NCBI GenBank assembly: GCA_043228905.1
Contig: JBHGNT010000015.1
Coordinates: forward strand, 186,001-250,000
Source: Azolla caroliniana
Lineage: Eukaryota; Plantae; Polypodiophyta
Direction of reading: 5' to 3'
Length of the DNA: 64,000 bases
Shown: positions 24,030 through 32,926 of the stretch, in pieces
Position numbering within the stretch: the stretch's first letter is position 1
Layout: every line of letters starts with the position of its first letter
The notes under the pieces: model-generated
The model's database searches: none
The model's input: only the letters and a program-made list of their open reading frames with translations
Told to the model about the DNA's origin: nothing
Translations under genes and position numbers: made by a program

Positions 24030-26870
24030 ATGGCACTGTCGGAAGGAGCGCGACAATTGCTGAAGGAGAACGGATTAGGAGGGCTGCTGCGGGTCACCGA
24101 CGCTCCGCCACACAAGGAACCAGAGCAGGCGGCAACAGCAGTGGACCTGGCAGAAGTCACTGAAGGAGCGGTACAAGCGCTCACCGGGATTGCGGAGGGC
24201 GGACTTCAGACAATAGAGCTACCCTCGAGCCAAATATTCTTCGAGTATTTCGGCGAATATTCCCTCAGCAGCAAGGCGTATCGCACACAGGGCGGAGAGA
24301 ACCTGCTGTTCGGAGAGGTGGCCCGCGCCCTGATGGAGTATGGGTTCGTGAACCCTCGTCCGGCAGCCATAGCCAAATACCGAGCAGCGATCGTCATCGC
24401 GACATTCGAAGGCCTGCAGGTGGACTGGCTCCACTTCATTACCGAAGGACTGAAAGAGGCGATCAAGCACTTGGTGGAAGGGAAGAAGCCATGGGCCGGA
24501 ATATCCCAATGGTTAACCGTGTTGGTCCCACCGGCGTCCCCCATCAAGCACAAGAAAAGAAGTCGGCAGGAGACTACGCCGAAGCAAACCATGAAGCGCC
24601 GACGAATCCTAGAGAAACACACTCCAGGATGGACACAGGAAGAAGAAGCGCCGCGGGAAGAAGGATCATCTCGACAACCGCGGGAAGAAGACTCCTCCCG
24701 ACAGCAACGGGAGGAAGGCCCATCACGGCAGCCACAGAAACAGCAACAGCAACCGACCACGAAGAAGAAAAAGGTTGAAAAAGGCAAGGAGAAGCTGGCG
24801 AAGAAGACCAGCAAGAGGCAAACCGACACCGAACCAGTAACGCTCGAATCGGAACCGGTACCAGTAAAGGAACCGATAGTCGCACCGACGGAGGACGCTG
24901 AAACAGAGGAAGACTCATCCGAACCGGTGTTAATACTACCAACTAGGCGAGGAAAGGAGAAACGGGCGACAAGACCGACCCCAACAGCGGACGGAACTCA
25001 GCAACGGGCGAAAGAACCGCCTCCAGTAACCGGAACAGAAGCAACACAGGATGAAGGTCCGTCTGCACCAAAGACGGCAGTACCGGAACCGACGGCGGCG
25101 GAGTTCGAAGAACAAAGAAAGGAACAAGCGCCGGAGCAAGAGAAGAGGCCGGAGAAACAACCGGAAAAACAGCCGGAGCTAGGCACGCCTGCTCACACCG
25201 ACGAAGGCAGAACAAAGGCACAATGGCTAAGGTGGTTGTCAGGGCAGTTGTCGGGAGTGGCAGACCAGATGGAGAAAGAGGAGGAGCAAAGGGAACAAGT
25301 GACTAGGACGACGACTAAGGATATGGTCATGCTCCGGGCACAATTACATGAGCTGCAAGAAGAGCTAGCACAGGCAAAAGAAGGCAGCCGACAAGCACAA
25401 GATGGCACCGAACCGGTCGGGACATCAGAAAAGCAAGCCGAACCAGAAACGGAGAAGGAGAAGGCCTTGCAAACCGGCCCTGAGACCGAGAAGTTAATAG
25501 CAACTTTGAAAGAAGAATTACAGGCTCAGGAGGCATTGAGAGATAACGAAAGGGAGCAGCGGAAGTTGGTAGAAGACGACAGACGGCGAATGGAGGAAGG
25601 CCTTCGCCGAAGCAAAGTCATCAATGACCGACTACAAGAAGAAAACGGGACGCTGCAAAAGGAAAAAGATAGGCTGCGCCGACGAATGGAGCAGGAAATC
25701 GAGCGGTTGCGAGAGGAACTCCGACAACAAAAGGACCGGGATGATCGGTTGCGAGCTCAGGTGAACCGACGCCTAAAACAGAAGACGGAGGAATTCGACC
25801 GACTATGTAAGGATTATAAACAGGCCACGTCGGACATCAAGAATCAGGCAGCAACGTACGACCGACAGATAGAGAAGCTGAAAGAGCAACTCAAAGAAAA
25901 CCGCTTGGAATTGTCCAAAGCGAGGGAGGAAGTATCGGCGGAGAAGACCTTGACGTCGGAACAAAGAAAGGAGATGGAAGTACTTCGGCAGAAAGTAGGG
26001 GAGCTGACAAAGAGCAGGAACGAGGAAAAAGTGAAGTCGACTTTCGAAATCAACAAATGGCGGAGTACCTGTGACAAGCAAAAAGCCGACTCTGAAGCTC
26101 AAGCTCAGTTAATGGCCGACATCATCAAACGGATAAGGAAGGAAAAACAAGCAGCTTCGGAACAGGCTAAAGCAGGGGTTGGCCGAATTAAGTTCATCAT
26201 GTCAAGTTGGAGTACCCGAGCTCAGGCCAGCATAAATGAAAGCACGGAGAAGCTCTGGAGGGAATGGGCACAACAGGCAGCTGAACTGCAGACACTTCGA
26301 GCTGATGCAGAAAATCGGAGGAAAACCGGAGATGGGTTCTATAAAATGGACGAAGAAAGTATCGTCAACATCCGGGAAGAACTGTCGGAGGATTTCTATG
26401 CTCTAGCAGAAGAGCATCTCAAGGAAATCCGAGGGTTAGTAGAGAGGTTGGATGACGGGCAGCTCGAAACCCAACTAGAATTGGAAGGGTACGAGAAGGA
26501 CCGACTGCGACAGGAAGCCGAGGGACACACAACGCCGATCTCCATCAGTGAGGGCGAGCGACCGGCTGAAGAGGACCCAACCGACAACGCACCCCGACAA
26601 GAATTACCCGAGGAAGAACTTCCGGAGCAAGATGCAGAGTGGAGACAGGAAAGTACCGAATCCGGGGAGGAAAGGACACAACCAGTGGAAACCGGAGAGA
26701 GCGATACCGGGAACGGAACGGAGGTAGAGCAGGACAGACCCGGACAGGATACAGAAGAAACACCGGTACCACCGGTACAAGCAGAGTCGGAGCAGCAAGA
26801 TGCGAAAAGGCAGCCAATCCAATCGGAAGTCGGAGACGGCACAGGCAAGACAACACTTGAAACCTCTTAG
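24030..26870 (+). CDS. Gypsy-A extra 3' ORF: globular N-domain, low-complexity linker and long coiled coil; function unknown. The frame is open from 23772
   Basis: A 1032-codon open frame between IN and the 3' LTR, with homologues at the same position in Gypsy-B and Gypsy-C. The start was chosen by aligning MALSEGARQLL with MDPQTLSEAAKTWL. Confidence 0.85.
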   Translation: MALSEGARQLLKENGLGGLLRVTDAPPHKEPEQAATAVDLAEVTEGAVQALTGIAEGGLQTIELPSSQIFFEYFGEYSLSSKAYRTQGGENLLFGEVARALMEYGFVNPRPAAIAKYRAAIVIATFEGLQVDWLHFITEGLKEAIKHLVEGKKPWAGISQWLTVLVPPASPIKHKKRSRQETTPKQTMKRRRILEKHTPGWTQEEEAPREEGSSRQPREEDSSRQQREEGPSRQPQKQQQQPTTKKKKVEKGKEKLAKKTSKRQTDTEPVTLESEPVPVKEPIVAPTEDAETEEDSSEPVLILPTRRGKEKRATRPTPTADGTQQRAKEPPPVTGTEATQDEGPSAPKTAVPEPTAAEFEEQRKEQAPEQEKRPEKQPEKQPELGTPAHTDEGRTKAQWLRWLSGQLSGVADQMEKEEEQREQVTRTTTKDMVMLRAQLHELQEELAQAKEGSRQAQDGTEPVGTSEKQAEPETEKEKALQTGPETEKLIATLKEELQAQEALRDNEREQRKLVEDDRRRMEEGLRRSKVINDRLQEENGTLQKEKDRLRRRMEQEIERLREELRQQKDRDDRLRAQVNRRLKQKTEEFDRLCKDYKQATSDIKNQAATYDRQIEKLKEQLKENRLELSKAREEVSAEKTLTSEQRKEMEVLRQKVGELTKSRNEEKVKSTFEINKWRSTCDKQKADSEAQAQLMADIIKRIRKEKQAASEQAKAGVGRIKFIMSSWSTRAQASINESTEKLWREWAQQAAELQTLRADAENRRKTGDGFYKMDEESIVNIREELSEDFYALAEEHLKEIRGLVERLDDGQLETQLELEGYEKDRLRQEAEGHTTPISISEGERPAEEDPTDNAPRQELPEEELPEQDAEWRQESTESGEERTQPVETGESDTGNGTEVEQDRPGQDTEETPVPPVQAESEQQDAKRQPIQSEVGDGTGKTTLETS

Positions 26871-26909
26871 CAGAGTTTGCTGGATATTTTGGAGGAAGAC
26901 TGAAGCCGG

Positions 26910-26951
26910 TTGTGGGTTCGAAGTGCAATGCACTTTCCCACGGGCGTGCCA
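26910..26951 (+). other. tRNA-3'-end-like element (antisense PBS) at the PPT position of Gypsy-A
   Basis: TTGTGGGTTCGA-agtgcaatgcact-TTCCCACGGGCGTGCCA, then TG, then the LTR. No purine tract. Conserved at 41866-41907 and 57316-57353. Confidence 0.8.
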
Positions 26952-26953
26952 TG

Positions 26954-27323
26954 TGTTGACCGGTCAGAGAAGGCAAATGGGAAAGCAAGGTCGGATCGGA
27001 TAAATATAGAAATAGGAATAGAATTATTAGGAGGGACGGATCCGGTAGTTGTAACCGATCCGGATCCGAACCGATTCGGTTTCGGTTAACGGTTGCCTAA
27101 GAGCACCGATTGTAATCTGGCCGGATGCCTATAAAAGGATCCGATGTTTTGTAATGAAGTGACGAAGAATTAATATAGTTTTGCTTATGCTTATTGATCT
27201 TGTCTTCGTCTGTGCTTAAGTGTAATTATCATACGCGTGTATTAACATCCTATCCCTACCACCCCTTTGGAGAAGTGTCGGATAGACACCTGTGTTGCGG
27301 CTAGTCCAGCCATACATACAACA
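26954..27323 (+). repeat. Gypsy-A 3' LTR
   Basis: Identical by eye to 11658-12027; followed by TSD CTTCC. Confidence 0.96.
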
Positions 27324-28087
27324 CTTCCGGCACCGCCTTGACTCCCCCTGCTTGTGGAAGTCCCGGAACTACTGTCGGCATGCTCATAGTGCCTCCGTTC
27401 CTGCTCTTGCCGGCCGCCTCCATTGCGTGCCGATCCACCTCTTCCACCACGCCCACGGAGCCGATCTATTCCCGTGTACAACATTCGGCTGTCCGGGGAT
27501 GCACTGGTAGATGCACCGGCGTGGTTCTCCTCTACAAGGAGCATCGACTGTAAGTCGAAGAATGAGGGGGTATTCTCCCTTGTACACACTGCAGTCCAGA
27601 ACGCTCCGAACTTGGACGCCAGGCCTCCGAGACATACCTGCACCATCTCGTCTTCCTCTATGGTAACATTGATAGAGGCGAGTGAGTCGCAGATCTCCTT
27701 TATCCGGCCCGTGTAGTCTGCCACAGACATGTTCTTCTGTCGAACATTGCTCAACTCCTGTCTGAGTTGCAGCTTCCGGGCAGTGGTGCTTGCGGCGAAA
27801 ACCTTTTTCAGGTTCCCCCAAGCATCCTTCGGTGTCTTGGCGTCACGGATGTGGCTGAGCAGCTGATCGCCGACACTGGACACGAAGCAGTACATCACCC
27901 TGCTTGCCGCCTGTTCCCATACCGGGAAGTCCTTGTGTGTCGAGTTTGGCGCCGCATCATTCGCTCCTTCGACATAACTCCAGTACCCGTGTCCAAGCAG
28001 GTACTGGTGCATCTTGTAAGACCAGGATGTGTAGTTGCTCCTGTCGAGCTTCTCCACCGGGAGCGACGTAGCCATGCCTCTATCCAT
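27324..28087 (-). pseudogene. Copia-A gag, 5' part
   Basis: KLDRSNYTSWSYKMHQYLLGHGYW, a copia gag N-terminus. It rejoins the 11657 segment in frame (GS|[12 protein letters not shown]) once Gypsy-A and one TSD copy are removed. Confidence 0.92.
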
Positions 28088-28181
28088 GTCTTCTACTGTG
28101 TCTGTTTTCGACCTGTTAGGGTTTTCTTCTCAAGAGTAAATGTCTGCAGCAGAGGTTCTCAACCCTCGCGCTTTGATACCA

Positions 28182-28550
28182 TGTAAATGTAAGTGTTTGC
28201 GGAAGCGTAAAACAGAGAACAACACACACACACACACACACACAGAGCGAGAGAGACAGAGAGAGCAGGACACAATTTCAAAATTATATTAAGACTCAGT
28301 GTTTACACACTGTGCTAAGTAGCACTATTTATACAAGTCCTCTTGGGACTGACAGAAGTACCATGTACTTCAATGCTCACACGAGCATCTGACACTTACT
28401 ACGAGACAATAGATACCTAGTAGTCTATCCTATTCTAGGCTTCCGATTGGACTGCCGGTTACGGATTGCACACCGTCATACCGATCCGTCTCGCTTACCG
28501 GCTCCGGCTTATTCAGCCGATCCGACTCCGATTGAGCTTGCCGCTCAACA
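28182..28550 (-). repeat. Copia-A 5' LTR
   Basis: Repeat of 6999-7379; directly abuts the PBS. Confidence 0.95.
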
Positions 28551-29387
28551 AGTGTGAAGTAATTAAACTTAAATTAACTATTCACGCTTTTTAGAGTTTT
28601 CTTACAATAAGTCAATTCACTCTCTCACTAAATATAGTCTCTCCTATGTGCAACACAAAATGTGGTTCCCATTGGAATATGCTCAAACATGCTAGAAAAC
28701 CCCATTGCTTGAGAATCGTCAATTTTGACTCCAAGAGATACATTGCTCTTTCTCGCGATTTACATGATTTTCAAATCATGCATAAGAAATTTGCATTTCC
28801 TTGTCATCTCAACTTATCACTAGAATAACCTACCTTTCATATCTGTTAGGAAACAGGTCCCTCCGGATGGGAAGTGAGAACCGGACGATGCGTACCCGGC
28901 TACAGAAGACCCGGTGAGAACCGGATGACGAGTCCTCGGCAAGAGCTGGATGAAGGGACATATTCGTGAATATGTTTCTGAGAGTCCTTTTGGGCTATAT
29001 TTGTAAATAGCCGAAAAGTCATATTAGTATAAATATGACTTAGGGCAAACTTATGTTGTGAGTGTTGTCATTCTTGTTGGCGCAAGATTAGAGCGCAACA
29101 GTGTACAGAGAGAGAGAGAGAGGGAAAGAGATGAAGAGGTCGTTGCCTCCGTGAGCTCACTGTTGTATATTGTTACATAGTGATAGTTAGCAATCAGTGT
29201 ACTGTCGTGGTTTTTCCCGTGTTTGGGTTTTCCACGTAAACATCATGTGTACTCTTCTCTCCATTTTGTCGTGCATTCATTCCTCGTTTTTTCTGTGTTT
29301 GATCCTAAGCTTGGTTGTGGCCGAGCGTTGTTCATTGGGAGCGTGTATTCCTGTCAAAGTGGTATCAGAGCGAGGCGACACAAAAAT

Positions 29388-32300
29388 ATGGACGATTCAT
29401 TGGGAGACATGTTCAAGCTCATTGACTCCAACTATTCGGTGTGGAAGTCGAAGATGAGGGACATGCTCGTGGTTAAAGATCTTTGGCTGTCGGTTCAGTT
29501 CGGGGACAAGAGACCGGACAAAATCGACGTCGCGATATGGGAGGTGATGCACATGAAGACAACGGCTTACATACGGTGCTTCATCGACATGAGTCTATAC
29601 AACAACTTCAATGAAGAGAGCAAGGCTCATGAGCTCTGGGAGAAGATCAACATTATGTTTTAGAACAAAAATGTTGTCAATCAGGTTTCGGTATTCCGGA
29701 AGCTAGTAAGACTCTGGTACCAAGATGGCTCCAGCATGGCGGAGCACATGAATGCCTTTCAATGGCTGATCCACCAGGCAACATCATTGGAAGTACCTCT
29801 TGCCGATGAGGTACTAGCACTACTCCTGCTCGGTTCCCTCCCAGATAGCTGGGAGACGTTGGTTGTCACCTTTGGCAACGCTGGGCCGGAAGGGAAACGG
29901 TTATCCCTAGCAAGAGTGAAGTCGAGCTTGCTAGATGAGGAGGCGCGTCGGAAAGATAAGGATACGAGCTCCGACTCCAAAGCGCTCCTCATCGAATCGG
30001 AACGCGGAAGACAAAGGAACCGTAGTCCCCAGAACTAGGAAAAGTCGGGGACACGATCAAAGTCAAGGGGGAGGCCTACTTGCTTCTATTGCGGCAAGAC
30101 GAGACACTTCTAGAAAAACTGTTGGCACTTCCGGAAAGACAAGGAAACCGACGGTACCGATTCGAAGCGGACACCGGACCGGAACGGTAAAGACCGGAGG
30201 GGGCCGAACCGGAAGGGAACGACGACAATCGTGGCAAGTGAAGAAGAGTTGATGCTCATCACCGAGGAGAGTGAGTTGAACATTGCCGGCGACGAGACAA
30301 AGTGGGTTGTTGATTCTGGAGCGTCGTTCCACCTTACCCCAGACCGTAAATACTTCTCATCCTACACAGTCAGTGATCACGGTTGTGTCCGGATGGGGAA
30401 TGAAGATACATGCCGAATTGTCATCATAGGAGACGTGTGGTTGACAACGCCAACCGGATGCAAACTGCTACTAAAGGATGTTCGACACGTTTCGGAGGTT
30501 CGACTGAACCTGATATCAGTCGGTCGGCTAGATGATGAAGGCTACACGGGTAGCATCCGGAACGGTGTTATGAAGTTCAGCAAAGGGAGCCTGATTGTGG
30601 CTTGGGCCCGGAAGGTAAACACATTGTACCTGATGAATGCCCGGTTATGTTCGGAGGAAGTGAACGTGGCTTCCGACACTGCCGGTGAGTTGTGGCACAA
30701 GAGGCTGTGCCACATGAGCGAGAAGGGGATGAAGAGGCTCGCAGACGACAACCTCATTCCAGTGAAGAACGTGCACTTGGAGAAGTGCACTGATTGTTTG
30801 GCTGGTAAACAAAACCGGACCTCCTTCCGATCGAGGCCACTGATGAGATGTAATGCACCACTTGAGTTGGTGCATATTGATGTATGTCAAGTGGACACGA
30901 AGTCACATGCCAGATCGCAGTACTTTGTGACGTTCATAGATGACCACAACCGGAAGTTGTGCGCCACACCATTGAAGACGAATGATTAGGTGTTATCCGT
31001 CTTCAAAGAGCTCCACGTGAGAGTGGAAAGAGAAACCGGCCGGAAGCTGAAGGCGGTTCAAGCAGATAACGGAGGTGAATACCGGGGGCAGTTCGAGGAG
31101 TACTATCGCTCGAAGGGAATCCGGCTTGAATTTATCGTGCTGAAGACACCAGAACTAAATGGGTTGGCCTAGAGGATGAACCAGACCATAATGGAGAGGG
31201 TCTGGAGTATGCTGGCACATGCAAAACTACCCAAGAATTTTTGGGCTAAGGCATTGTCGACGGCGACATATGTGATAAACAAATCACCCTCGGTGCCCTT
31301 GGACGGAGACACGCCGCAGAGAGTATGGACCGGTAAGGAAATGTCCTACCGGCATCTGAAGGTGTTCGGGTGTCTTGCGTACGTGCATGTAGCTAAGGAC
31401 TGGAGAGGAAAGTTAGATCCAAAGACCCGACCATGCATATTCCTCGGTTACGACGACGATGAGTTCGGCTACCGAGTGTGGGACCCAGTCGACAAGAAGG
31501 TATTCCGGAGTCGAGATATTATCTTCATGGAGGACAAGACGCTCGCCGACTGGGAGTCGGAGAAGAAGATAATGAACTCCAAGTCGACTGGTAAGGATCG
31601 ATTCTATGATGAGCAGACCCAACCGGCAAGAGACCGGTTAGCACTCGAGGAACTAGCCGGTTACGGTGAGGATATCGAACCGGCAGAAGAAGAAGTAGAG
31701 GAAGCTGAAACCGGAACCGGCCAAGACCCTGAATCGGATTCGGATGAAGATCAAATAGTGGAGCTGGTTGCCGAAGTCCAAAGACGGAGATATCCTCTCA
31801 GAGAGAGAAGGGGCCCCCGGAGATTTCCGGATGTAGAGCATGTGCTGCTGACCGATGAGGGAGAGCCGGAAAGCTTCGAAGAAGCGAAGGATGACACCCA
31901 TAGCCGCAAATGGTTAAGTGCCATGCAGGATGAGATGGATTCCCTACATGAGAACCATACATACGAATTGGTGGAGTTGCCGAAAGGAAAGCGAGCAATT
32001 CGAAATAAGTGGATGTACAAGTTGAAACCAGGAGATGTCGGGAACCCCCCGAGATACAAAGCCAGGATCGTGGTGAAGGGGTTCTAGCAGAAGAAGGGTG
32101 TGGACTTCGACAAGATATTTGCCCCGATGACCTCCATCTGGACGATGCTTTGTATAGCGGCAAGCATGGACATCAAGGTAGAGCAGCTAGACGTGAAGAC
32201 AACATTCGTTCATGGTGACCTCGAAGAGGAGATCTACATGCAACAACCGAAAGGATTCATGGAGAAAGGGAAGGAGCACCTGGCTTGCCGATTGAAGAAG

Positions 32301-32440
32301 AGCCTGTACGGACTGAAGCAGGCTCCTCGACAATGGTACCGGAAGTTCGACTCCTTCATGACCGATCAAGGGTACCACAAGACGCAGGCCGATCACTACG
32401 TGTTTGTGAAGAAGTTCGAAGGAGGCGACTTCCTAATACT
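29388..32440 (+). pseudogene. Copia-C gag-PR-IN-RT (N-terminal part) with multiple stops
   Basis: Motifs NYSVWKSKMRDML, WVVDSGASFH, HIDVCQ, ADNGGEY, QLDVKTTFVHG. Stops at the ends of ORFs 29663, 30038, 30989, 31172 and 32087, and elsewhere. Confidence 0.9.
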
Positions 32441-32926
32441 TGTTACCGGCCGGCAAAGGAGTCCAGAGTGTGAAACGGGGAGTTATTTAATTAGTAGGAA
32501 TGGTTGTAAGTAAGCTATGAGTGTGGACGGACGGATCGGAATCGGTATGCCGTTTCGGATCCGGACCGATCCCGAACAGGTGCGGATGGCACCGTTTTGT
32601 AATACAGACCGGAAACCTATCTAAAGGCCCGAATACAATGTAATGAACAACGGTTAATTAATAAAGCTTAGTGTTGTTATCTCTCTGTGTTAATTGACGT
32701 TCTGCATTCATTGTTATATCTTACGCGTGTGATTATTAAAGACGATCATGCTAAGTAACCTAATTAAGTCGGATTAATCGTTGAGTCTAATCCTGTTGCC
32801 GTAACACCCCTTTGGTGAAGTGTCTTCCGTAGACACCCTGTGTTAGGCCATTGTCCGGCCCTAAGAGTTAACACAGTTTTTGGCAACCACGATTCCTGTT
32901 TTTGAAGCGAACGATGGCACGGATGG

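Larger units (their letters stand above)
11658..27323 (+). mobile_element. Gypsy-A, a non-chromoviral (Athila/Phygy-like) Ty3/Gypsy element with a large extra ORF and no PPT
   Basis: LTRs of 370 bp at 11658-12027 and 26954-27323, identical by eye. TSD CTTCC at 11653-11657 and 27324-27328. PBS TGGCGACCAC at 12034-12043. Order gag-PR-RT-RH-IN, no chromodomain. Confidence 0.96.
6999..28550 (-). mobile_element. Copia-A, a full-length Ty1/Copia LTR retrotransposon interrupted by Gypsy-A
   Basis: LTRs 6999-7379 and 28182-28550 (TG..CA). TSD AGTGT at 6994-6998 and 28551-28555. PBS TGGTATCAAAGC (tRNA-iMet type) at 28170-28181 and PPT at 7380-7391. Domain order gag-PR-IN-RT-RH. Confidence 0.96.

Noticed and set aside
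23772-26870. Calling the extra ORF an envelope gene or a captured host SMC/myosin gene
   Set aside because: No evident TM segment, signal peptide or Walker motifs; the similarity would be generic coiled-coil composition.
26860-26951. A full tRNA gene or tRNA-derived SINE at the Gypsy 3' end
   Set aside because: Only T-arm and 3' acceptor similarity is present. The upstream sequence is the extra-ORF end, with no A box, D arm or anticodon arm, and there is no tail or TSD.
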